From Planctomycetota bacterium (GTDB taxonomy: Bacteria > Planctomycetota > UBA8108 > UBA1146 > JAJFFE01), in assembly GCA_050246115.1 (NCBI GenBank), contig JBFWWP010000023.1, forward strand, positions 24,278 through 88,277: 64,000 nucleotides of DNA. The letters run 5' to 3'. The notes below the pieces were generated by a model. The model saw only the letters and a list, made by a program, of their open reading frames with translations. It was not told the DNA's origin and made no database searches. Shown here in pieces: positions 36,706 to 46,600 of this stretch; the stretch's first letter is position 1; each line of letters starts with the position of its first letter. The translations under genes were made by a program, and so were the position numbers.

Positions 36706-39396
36706 TCAGGGGCACGACGGGTAGGTCACGCAGTCGACGTTGTCGGGGGTCGGGTCAGGTCCGCAGCCGGGTGCGGGAGGGCTGAAGATCGGGCACTCCG
36801 GAGGACCGTCCGGGATGCCGTCCGTGTCGGGGATGCAGCCCGCGGGCGGGAACAAGACCCCGAGCAGGAACACTGCGTCGGTGATGTTCACCGAGCCGTC
36901 GTCGTTCGCGTCGCACGCGTCGCGGCAGGTGGCGATGGGGCATTCGGGGGGGCCGTCGGGGATGCCGTCGGTGTCCGGGATGCAGCCGGCCGGGGGGAAC
37001 AGGACACCGAGCAGCCGGACGGCGTCGGTGATGTTCACGGAGCCATCGGCGTTGCAGTCGCCGCGCCGGAAGGACGTGCCAGTCCCGGCGGGCAGTCGAC
37101 CTACCATGCGCGGCGAGACAGCGAAACGGACCATCTGAGTCTGTCCGGTAGATCGGTCGAGCGTGGAGACGGTTGTGGTGGTTGTGAACAGCAGCTGGCC
37201 GTTCGCGAGTTCCGCCACGCCGCGCACGGGCGCGCCGACGGGCCAGGTCGCCACGACGTTCCCGCTCAAGTTGAACTCGACGAGACTGTTCGCGTTACTC
37301 GCGGCAACGACGAAATTGCCGTTCGCCAGCGGCGCGACTTGGAGCGGAAACGACGCTGGCAGCAGCGAGGTATAGGATCCGCCGCCCGGAGGGATCCATC
37401 GGATGTCGCTCGCGTTCTCGACGTTCGTGACCAGGGCGCTGTGATTTGGCAGGAAGAGGACATCGAACGGCTCGAAGCCGGATGTAGGCGTCTCCTCCAG
37501 CAGGACCCCGACTTCGTTCCCGCTGAGGTCGAACGCAAAGATGCCCGGAGGATGAACGGGCGTCGGCAGCCCGCTGGCGACGTAGAGTTCGTTCCCGTCG
37601 AAGGCCAATCCTCGCAGGCTCGTGACGCCGTCGTTCGAGTCGATGAAACGATCGATCAGGTTGCCATTGCGGTCGAATCGGTAGACGGCGTTCTTCGACT
37701 GATCGCTGACGTAGACGCGCTGATCGGGGCCGAGTTCGGCGTCCACCGGGGTCTCGAGAATCACGCCCGGGTGTACGAACTCGCCCACGAAGATTCCATC
37801 GGCGGCACGATAGGCCCCGACCGAGTTCGTGTTGGACTCGGGAATCAGGAACAGGTCCTCGGTCTGGAGAAACAGAGAAGCGCGACACGACCGCTGCGGG
37901 GAAGCCTCGGAGCCAAGGAAGCCGACGACGCCGATCTCCGACTGGACTGACATGGTTTGCGGTAGGGTAACGAAATCGGTGGCTCCGCCCGCGATCGAAG
38001 TCAGCGGGTTGCCGTCGATGCTGATCTCAATGAAATCGTAGCTGAATCCGGGAGGAATGGTCCACGAGGCGCGAAGCTCGTTCTGAGCGGTGGCCGTGCA
38101 GGTGATGTTCTCGACGGGGAACACATTCGGAAGAGCCACCCGGAACCAGCCGTCGTTCCCGGGAGCGCCGGTGAGGGTCCCTTCGAAGAACATCGCGCCG
38201 TTGTCGGACAGGACGACGTCATCGCCCTCGAAGCTGGTGAGGAAGGCCCCGGGCAGGCTGGGGATCGGTATGTTGTCGTGCAGCAGCAGGTTGCCGTTGA
38301 GAAAGAGGCCCTCTTGGATGTTCACCCCGGCAGGCGAGACGATGATCGCGGTCACCAGCACGTCGCCCGCGCTGTTGATACTCGCGGACGTGATCGCGCC
38401 CAAGACGGCACCGGGGATCTCAGGCACCGCTTGGCCCTCTTGCAGCAGGGTGGTCGGCGGGCCTCCGCCGATGCTGGCCACAACGCAGTCGTCGTTGGCG
38501 GAGGTCACGGTGGCGCTGTTGACGAAATCTCCGCGCAGGATCCAGTCGCCTGACTCCGCGAGTTCGACGAAGTCGATGAATTCGATCGTCTCCATTCCCG
38601 ATGCCGCGATGATCGGCGTCGTGCGCTCGCGCAGGAGGAGTTCGGGATCGCTCCCGAACGGTTTGCGGAACAGGCCGGCGTCCGTGTTGAAGTCCGGGGC
38701 GTCGGTCGTCGCTTCGAACAGCAGATCGCCCCCGCCGTTCGCGGTCAGATGCGTGAACGACTCCCAGTGGGCGCCCGCGAAGCTGGTGCCGACGATGACG
38801 TCTCCTTCTCGGAGCTGCACCGTTTGGTCGATGTAGATCACCTGATCGTTGCTCGCGTCACCGGTGAGCGTTGCCTGGTAGGCGAGGCTGCCGCCGTCGA
38901 GCGCGCAGGGCTGTGAGAAGTCCGAGACGGTACGCCCCGGGATGCCGGGAGCCGGATCGCCTTCGCGTCCGATTACGTCGAGGTTGCGGCACAGTACCGT
39001 GTCCGCGGTGGTCGGAACACCGGACAGGACCGCCACGAACGCGACGTCGCCGGCCACGTTCACGTGGTGGCGCGTCGTGAATTCATCGAAGGAGGCGAAC
39101 GCGGCCGCCGGGATCGATGGCAGCGCCATGCCCTCGATGGCGAACACGATTCCGCCGACCACGAGAACCTCGTCGTTCACGGTTCCATCGAGGTCGGCCG
39201 TACCGGCGAGGAGTCCGCTCGCGCTCACGTTGGGACGGTCTACGTTGTCGAGCAGAGCCGTGGCGCCTGGGACCGCTCCACCGTCCACGAGGATCACCTC
39301 GGGGAAGTGGAGAAGCTGGGCGGGCGTCGAAGAGGTTGCGAACAGCAGGTACAGAGCCGCGCCGAGCCCACGCGTCAGGAGTTGGTTCCGGTCCAC
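36706..39396 (-). CDS. Secreted multi-domain protein: N..G..AF propeller repeats, Fn3-like domain, NHL-like propeller, variant dockerin-like domain
   Basis: NVAGDVAF, NSAGDVL, DNGAMFF repeats; GPDQRVYVSD NHL-like; FRRGDCNADG; GTG start after GAGGA. Confidence 0.8.
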   Translation of the reverse strand: MDRNQLLTRGLGAALYLLFATSSTPAQLLHFPEVILVDGGAVPGATALLDNVDRPNVSASGLLAGTADLDGTVNDEVLVVGGIVFAIEGMALPSIPAAAFASFDEFTTRHHVNVAGDVAFVAVLSGVPTTADTVLCRNLDVIGREGDPAPGIPGRTVSDFSQPCALDGGSLAYQATLTGDASNDQVIYIDQTVQLREGDVIVGTSFAGAHWESFTHLTANGGGDLLFEATTDAPDFNTDAGLFRKPFGSDPELLLRERTTPIIAASGMETIEFIDFVELAESGDWILRGDFVNSATVTSANDDCVVASIGGGPPTTLLQEGQAVPEIPGAVLGAITSASINSAGDVLVTAIIVSPAGVNIQEGLFLNGNLLLHDNIPIPSLPGAFLTSFEGDDVVLSDNGAMFFEGTLTGAPGNDGWFRVALPNVFPVENITCTATAQNELRASWTIPPGFSYDFIEISIDGNPLTSIAGGATDFVTLPQTMSVQSEIGVVGFLGSEASPQRSCRASLFLQTEDLFLIPESNTNSVGAYRAADGIFVGEFVHPGVILETPVDAELGPDQRVYVSDQSKNAVYRFDRNGNLIDRFIDSNDGVTSLRGLAFDGNELYVASGLPTPVHPPGIFAFDLSGNEVGVLLEETPTSGFEPFDVLFLPNHSALVTNVENASDIRWIPPGGGSYTSLLPASFPLQVAPLANGNFVVAASNANSLVEFNLSGNVVATWPVGAPVRGVAELANGQLLFTTTTTVSTLDRSTGQTQMVRFAVSPRMVGRLPAGTGTSFRRGDCNADGSVNITDAVRLLGVLFPPAGCIPDTDGIPDGPPECPIATCRDACDANDDGSVNITDAVFLLGVLFPPAGCIPDTDGIPDGPPECPIFSPPAPGCGPDPTPDNVDCVTYPSCP

Positions 39397-39772
39397 GAAA
39401 TCCTCACTTTCGTTGTCGGCGATCACGCGTCGAGGAGGGAAGAGGGGCAGCGTGACCCTCGCTGAGGCTGGAGTTTTTCGCGAGGCCGAACCGATTCGTT
39501 CGAGCCCTTACGCTCGACGCTCGGAACTCGGACCGCCTCGCCAACGGGATCCTTGCACACCTGGGGTTGCGCCGCAAGTTGCTTGCCCACGTTGGGGTCG
39601 AGGGGTGCCTACCTTCGTCACGATCCCGTTCCCGATCGGTCTCGTCAGGACCTGCCCGGTCGCGACCGCCACTCGGCTCCGTTACACTGGGGTGTTGCAG
39701 GGCTGGAGGCGTTCGTCCGCGTGACTCGGACCGTGGCCTCTGGATTCGTCGCCTGCCGACAGCGAAGAGGAG

Positions 39773-42700
39773 TTGGACTTGAGTCGACGGATCGTCGCGA
39801 CTTCGCTTGCGCTGCTGGTGATCACGTTGGCCTGGATCAGCGCCGAGTGGCTCTCCGAGAAGCGCTTTCGTGCACCCCACTCACCCGAGCTCATGCCGGC
39901 CGTCGGGTCCGGCGCCGCCAGCCCCAACGACTCGACGGGGCTGGTTGCCGTGTCGGTACGCGGTCGCGTGTTCGGCCCGGCTGGCACCCCGGTTCGTGGC
40001 GCGACGGTGACCGCACAGTTCGGGGGCATCGAACTCGGTGCGTGCGTGGCGGACGCCGATGGCCGCTTCGATTTGTTCTTGCGGCCGGGTTCTCTCGAAC
40101 TTTGCGTCGGTGCGCCGGGGCTCGTGGCGGCACGCGTGAGTATCGTGGTACCGCCCGATCGTTCCCTGGCGCTCACGCCGATCACGCTCCAGTCGGCCGC
40201 CGCCGCCGACGGGAGGATCGTCTCACCCGAGGGCATGCCGATCGTGGGCGCGACCGTGGTCGCAGTCCCCGCACTGGCTGCTCCGGGCGCTTCGCTCGAG
40301 GAGCAACTCCGTAGACTCTCCTCGGCGTTGAGCGGCCCCAACCCGGCCCGACGCGTTGCGACGGCCACGAGTGCCGTCGATGGTAGCTTCACCCTCGACG
40401 GTCTCGAGGCCGGTGTTGGATACCGCGTGGTCGCCTTGGCCACTGACCGTCGGCCTGCCGAGCGCGCGTACTGGGTGCCGGGGACAGCGCTCGACATCGT
40501 GCTGTCCGAGTCGCCGTGGGTCCCGGTCCACGTCCGTGGGCCGGACGGCGAGCGACCGTCGGTCGTTACGGTTCGCGTCCTCGCCGAGGCCGGCCAAACG
40601 CTGCTTGCTGCGCTCGAACGTCGCCTTGCGCCCGAGGTCCTGCGTACGACCGCAGAGACCCGCGAACCGTACGTTCCGCATCGCGCCGACTTCCCCATGC
40701 GCTTGGTCGTGGAGGCGGAAGGCTACTTGCCTCACGACACTCCTGACCTTCGCGCGGCCGGGTCGCCGATCGGGATCACGCTCGAGCGCGGGAGCACGCT
40801 CGTCGTGACTGTGTGCGACACGGCAGGAAGTCCGATCCCGGACGCGCTGGTTACCGCGTGGGAGGCGAGCGGGGATGAACCACGGGTACTCACCGGGCGT
40901 AGCGACGCCGGCGGCTCCTGCACCGTGGGGCCCTTTCAGGTCGACGCGTTGAGGTACCTCGTCGAGCACCCGCTCTACGTGGTGCAGGAGGGCCCGGTCC
41001 TCGCTGCGGTTCCGGTCACGTTGCGGTTGGAGGAGGGAGTAGCCCTCGAAGGCGTCGTTCGCGCGACTTCCGGCGCGCCGCTCGCTGGCGCGCGAGTGAC
41101 GTCGGCCCGCGGTCCAACCACGCTGCCACCCGGGCTGTCACCGGCGCCGATCGCGGCTGCCATCACCGACGCCGATGGCGCCTTTCGTTTGCCGGGACTG
41201 TCCAGAGCGAAGAGCCCGGTTTCGATCTCTGCCGTCGCGCCAGGCTTTGCAAGCGTGTCCGTCGAGGCCGAGCTGGGACACCCTCTCGAGCTGCGTCTGG
41301 CACCAACGGTGCCATTGTCGGCCCGCGTCGTCGATGCGCGGGGAGTTCCGGTATCGGCCTGTCCCGTGATCGTTCGGGCCGCGACCGGCGCCGCCGCCCG
41401 CTACCTGGAGACCGACGCCGCCGGCAACTGCATAGTGGCCGACCTTTCACCGGGGGACTACCGTCTCGAAGTAAGTCCTCTCGACTACCCACCGATCACG
41501 AGCGAACTCATCGCTGTGCACGCGGACGCGACCCCGCCTCATGTCGTCGTCCAACTCGCGGCGGGCGGCGATCTCGAGGCGAGTGTCGTCGATGAGTTGG
41601 GGCGGCCGATCCCCGGCGTCGCCTGCAGCTTCTATCGCGGCGAGGAGCGAATCTTCAGCCGGACTTCGGACTTCGCGGGGCTGGTTCGGGCGCGCGGAAT
41701 CCCGGTGGGCGAGATCATCGTCGAGTTGACCTGTGCAGGTCGGGACTCGGCCTTCGAAGTCTTCGTCGCGCGGGCCGGGCAAACCCGTCAGGTGCAATGG
41801 GTGCTTCCGGCGCGTCGTGGACTCGTCGTGCGCGTGAGCAATCCGCTCGGCGTGCCGCTCGAGCGGGCGACCGTGGTCGGGGTGGACATCCGGACGGGCG
41901 TAAGGCAAGTCTACGCTGCGGACGCGAACGGGCAGGTCGTGCTGCGCGATGTCGGCGTCGATGGTGTCGACCTACTCGTCGAGGCTTCGGGGTACGGGAG
42001 CGCGCTGTTGCGTAACCAGTTGCCGGGGTCGGAACCGATCCCGGTCGTGCTGCGCGCCACCGGGGCGATTGCAGGAGGAGTCGTGGACCGCACGGGGGCG
42101 GTCATTGCGCGCTACTCCGTGCAAGTCTTGGCTCTTGTGGGTGACGAGGCGCGACCCATTCGTGAACCGCAGCTCGTGCGGAGTGAGCAAGGAGAGTTCG
42201 TGATCGACGGCCTTGCGGAGGGAGTGTACGACGTTGCCCTCGGGGCACCGGGCCGCGGAACAAGGGTCGAACGCGGGGTTCGAGTCCGCAGCGGCCAGAC
42301 CACGAACCTCGGTCGGATCGATCTCATCGAAGGTGGTCGCGTCATGGGGACTATCTTCGACGCACGCTCGGGCGCGACGGTCGCCGACGCGGTCGTCGAA
42401 GTCGTCCACCCCGAAGCCCTTGCGCCGCCGCCCCCCGGGACGCGGACGGGTGCTCTTCGCGGAACCAGAACGCGAAGCGACGGCACCTTCACGATCGGTG
42501 AGCTCCGCGATGAATGGGTCGAACTGGAGGTGCGACATCCGGAGTTTCGCAGCCTACGGGTCGAGGTGCGCGTAGGAGCCGACGGGCTCGCCCTGCGGTT
42601 GGACCCTGGCGGCGGGGTCGTCGGCATCTTGACGGGGGCCGAGGGTCGGCCGATCGGTCGCGCCGTCGTGCGGCTCGTCGCCTCTGGGGTCAGCAAGCAA

Positions 42701-42898
42701 GCGGTCACCGACAACACGGGGCGCTTCGTGTTCGGTGGCCTCGACGAGGGCGAGTACGAACTGACGCTCGTGGAGATCCAAGGGCGCGACGTCGATGTCG
42801 TCGAGCGCGAGGAAGGACCGTACATCCAGGTCATTGGCGTGCCGGAGAATGGGATCAGCGAGGTTCGGTGGGAGATCGACTTGGACCTCGCCCCTTGA
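39773..42898 (+). CDS. Membrane-anchored protein with tandem carboxypeptidase-regulatory-like (prealbumin-fold) domains
   Basis: N-terminal TM, then about ten G.V.D..G.PI.GA.V...TD..G.F...L..G.Y units. Confidence 0.85.
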   Translation: MDLSRRIVATSLALLVITLAWISAEWLSEKRFRAPHSPELMPAVGSGAASPNDSTGLVAVSVRGRVFGPAGTPVRGATVTAQFGGIELGACVADADGRFDLFLRPGSLELCVGAPGLVAARVSIVVPPDRSLALTPITLQSAAAADGRIVSPEGMPIVGATVVAVPALAAPGASLEEQLRRLSSALSGPNPARRVATATSAVDGSFTLDGLEAGVGYRVVALATDRRPAERAYWVPGTALDIVLSESPWVPVHVRGPDGERPSVVTVRVLAEAGQTLLAALERRLAPEVLRTTAETREPYVPHRADFPMRLVVEAEGYLPHDTPDLRAAGSPIGITLERGSTLVVTVCDTAGSPIPDALVTAWEASGDEPRVLTGRSDAGGSCTVGPFQVDALRYLVEHPLYVVQEGPVLAAVPVTLRLEEGVALEGVVRATSGAPLAGARVTSARGPTTLPPGLSPAPIAAAITDADGAFRLPGLSRAKSPVSISAVAPGFASVSVEAELGHPLELRLAPTVPLSARVVDARGVPVSACPVIVRAATGAAARYLETDAAGNCIVADLSPGDYRLEVSPLDYPPITSELIAVHADATPPHVVVQLAAGGDLEASVVDELGRPIPGVACSFYRGEERIFSRTSDFAGLVRARGIPVGEIIVELTCAGRDSAFEVFVARAGQTRQVQWVLPARRGLVVRVSNPLGVPLERATVVGVDIRTGVRQVYAADANGQVVLRDVGVDGVDLLVEASGYGSALLRNQLPGSEPIPVVLRATGAIAGGVVDRTGAVIARYSVQVLALVGDEARPIREPQLVRSEQGEFVIDGLAEGVYDVALGAPGRGTRVERGVRVRSGQTTNLGRIDLIEGGRVMGTIFDARSGATVADAVVEVVHPEALAPPPPGTRTGALRGTRTRSDGTFTIGELRDEWVELEVRHPEFRSLRVEVRVGADGLALRLDPGGGVVGILTGAEGRPIGRAVVRLVASGVSKQAVTDNTGRFVFGGLDEGEYELTLVEIQGRDVDVVEREEGPYIQVIGVPENGISEVRWEIDLDLAP

Positions 42899-43249
42899 GC
42901 CCGGACCCTTCGTGAGCCGCCGGCAGTGGATGGGCAACGACGTCGATGACGGTGTTGTTCGATGCGCCGGAGGCGAATCTCGCCCCTCGTTGTCGCGTTC
43001 GCCTCAACGCGGCGTCGCGCCCCACCTCGGGCGAACTGGACGCGACGCATTGTCGTCGCGGCCCTTGCACATTCTCCGCTCAACGCTCACGGATGGTCCG
43101 CGCCGGCAGACTGGAGCGGTCTCCAACAGGCTCCGAGGCCCGGGCCCGCAGGGCCAACAACGCCCTTTGGACGGAACCTAAGGCGACGAGCCGCGGGGCG
43201 GTGATCGCGTCAGAGTCGAGCGCCCACGGAGGAAGCACCGGGAAACTGT

Positions 43250-43278
43250 TTGTGAGGGGAATCCCCAGGTCCTACACT
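43250..43278 (+). promoter_or_regulatory. Putative sigma70 promoter of the 1565-aa dockerin protein
   Basis: TTGTGA-N17-TACACT. Confidence 0.45.
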
Positions 43279-43640
43279 TCCGGGTCGTAGGGTCTCCAGG
43301 AAAGGGTCTCCAAGGAAGGGACTGGGCGTAACTCCCCCTCCATCGAATCGCCCGGGCTCGGAATCGCTCGACAACTCGGACCGTCCGGCAGAGCGCGACC
43401 GATCGGGTCGAGCGGCCTGGATCCGGCACTCCGGAACCCAAGGTCGCCCGGTCCGTCGGGGTCGATTTGCCGGTGTCGTGCTCGGTCGGGAAGGATCGAA
43501 GCCGGTTGGCATGACCTGGAGCGTGCCGCTGCGACCAAGCCAACTCTATCTGATGCTGAACCGATCTGCGGACGGGGGGCCCCCCGCCGCAGCAATCTCG
43601 AACTGGGGTAGGTCTCGCTCTCACGGAAGGAGCACGAGAA

Positions 43641-46600
43641 ATGGTGAGAACACTGAGGAAGCAGCTGATGGTCAGCTGTTTCGCGCTCGCGCTGGGAGGG
43701 TCGCTTTCGGCCCAAGTGATGGTCGCGCCGTTGTACCTGGAACCGGACCCGGCCCCGGGAACCGTGACGACCTACGAGACTTTCGATAAGCCGGACATCG
43801 GCGCCGGGGGCCACATCGCTTTCACGGGCGATGGCCCAGGCACCGCCGCCGATGACTTCATCTACGTCGACGTGGCCCTCGTGGCACTCGAGGGAACCGC
43901 GGCCCCCGGAGTTGTGGTGGGCAACTTCGGCTCGTTCGAGGCTTTCGAGTCGCTGCACCAACTGAACCTCGCGGGCGACCTCGCGTTCATCGCGTTCCTG
44001 ACGGGGGCTACGGCCGCCACCGACAAGACCGTCTACATTCGCAGTGGTGGCGTCAACACGCTGCAGCTCCAAGAGGGCGGCGCGGCCGACGGGATCCCAG
44101 GGCGGGTCTACAACGACTTCAGCTTCCTTTGTCTGCACGACAGTGGCGACATCCTGACCTTGGTCGACCTCGACGGCGCCGCGACGGATGACATCGTGAT
44201 CTACCAAGGCAGCCCGGGAGCCATGGTGCCCCTCTATCGGGAAGGCGGCGTCATCGTCGGCGGTGGCTCGCTCGCCGGCTTCAACTGGGACGTGGCCTTC
44301 AACGAACTCCAAGGAAACGGTGCTGGCAGCTTCGTCTTCTTTGGCTCTGCGAACACGACCCCCAACGGCGACGGGGTCTTCCGTCACTCGGGGGCCGGCC
44401 TCGAGTTGCTGTACCGCGCTGGGGACCCACTGGTCGCACGAACTGCGACCGTCAACATCACCTCGTCACTCACGCTCGGCAACGCCATCGCGGAGAACGG
44501 CGACTGGGCCTTCCGGTCCAGCGTCAGCACGACCCAGCTGCCCAGCGCCGAGAACGCCGTGATCATTTCGTCCAACGGCATTGTCTACCAGGAGGGTGCC
44601 GCCGTTCCTGCCGTCCCCGGCGCGACCGTCACTGGCAACTTCAACGGCCTCGCGATCAACAGCGTCGGCGATGTGATGTACCTCGCGGATCTCATCGGCG
44701 CAGCGGACACCACCAACACCGAGGCTTTGTTCGTGAATGATCAGGTGGTTGCGGTTCGTGGCGGAGCGGTGCCGGGCCTCCCCGGGTTCACGTTCGTCGA
44801 GCTCGATTTCGAGGATCTCGACATCAACGACGCGCGCCAAATGGTCTTCCAGGCGGACGTCTCCGATGGCGTCAACCCGTCGCGGGAAGGCATCTTCATG
44901 GCGACGATCGCGGGGACGACCACGGTGCGGGACCTCACCTGCTCCTCGGTGCCCGGCAGCGGGAGCCTCACTCTGAATTGGTCCAACACTGCCGTTTACG
45001 ACGGGATCAACGTCTACGTCAACGGCGTACTCACCACCACCCTCGCCGGCACCGCAACTATGCACAGCGAGTCCGGCCTGCCGGGCGGGGTCAGCATGGT
45101 CTGCCTCGAACCGTTCATCGGCGTCGAACTCGCGGCGCAGCGTTGCTGCGGAGTCGAGAACCTCACGCCGTCGATCCAGGGGCTCACTTGCAACCAGACC
45201 CCGGGTAGCTCGATGGACGTCGATCTCACGTGGACGAACCCAACTGCGTACACCGAGATCCAGGTCACGGTGAACGCGGGAGTCCCGACGGTATTGGCGG
45301 GTACCGCTACCAGCGCGACCATCCCCACCGGCGGTTTGGTGGGGGACACTGTCGAGATCTGTGTCGTCGGTGTCGGCGCATTGTTCGGACCCGCTCCAGA
45401 GGTCTGCTGCTCGGTGCTGCTCGCGCCGATCGTGCCGATCGCGACCCAAACCGTGTGCAACTTGCCGGGCATCGTCGTAGACGGCTCTACCGCCACGCCC
45501 GACACCCAGACCGACCTGTTGCTGTTCCCAACGAGCATGTTCGTTTCTGACGTTCTGGTCAGCGTCGATATCACGACGACGTTCATTGGCGCCATCGAGC
45601 CCATGACCGTGACCTCGCCGCTCGGGACCACGATCACGCTGCAGAACAACGTCGGGGGCGGCGCCGACAATCTCGATGTGGTCTACACCGACTCCGGCTT
45701 CGCGCACGGCTCGCAACTCTTCAATCTGGGCTTGCCCATGCAGCCGCAGGGCCCCGGGACTATGGCCGACTTCTTCTGCGAGAACGCTCAGGGCAACTGG
45801 ACGCTCACGATGACCGACGACAGCAGTTTCAGCTACACGCTGAACGAGTGGTGCGTGGGTATCGTCGAGAACACCAGTGGTATGTGCGTTTCGGCGGTCG
45901 AGAACATCGCGTGCTCGGTCGCCCCGGGCGGCGAGCAGGCGCTGGTCTCCTGGGACATTCCGCTGGGCACTGTGTACTCCGGCTACGAGATCACGGTGAA
46001 CGGTGTGCCGGTCGCGAACCCACCGGCCGGATCCGCCACCAGCTATACGACCGATCCACTGCTTCTGAGCGGTCAAACCCTCGAGCTGTGCGTGATCGGT
46101 CTCGTCGGAGCGAACCCTGCCGGTGCTGCGTGTTGCACGGTGCAGGTCGTGATCGCGCCGGACGTGCTGCTGTGTAACACCTACGCGCCCGCGGTGAACG
46201 TGCCGAACGACGATCGCGTTCTCGACGTGATCAACGTCGCCGGTCCGGGAGCCACCGTTCGTCAGGTCGAAGTGATGGTCGACATCTCGATCTCGGCGGG
46301 CGCCTCCACCGCGGTCCTCAACCCACTGACGATCACGTCACCGCTCGGGACGACCGTCACTTTGCAGCGCCTGTTCAACACCGGCCTCACGAACCTGCTC
46401 GTGACTTACTCGGACGGTGGTCGAATCAATGATCCGCCGTTCGACGTGAACGACATCATGCAGGTCGACTTCCTGCCCCTCACGCCGGTCATGCTCGATG
46501 AGTTCAACTGCGAGCCCAGCGCGGGCGACTGGACTCTGACGGTCAACAACGTCACCGATGATGACACGGTGGACCTCAATCAGTGGTGTTTGCTGTTGCA

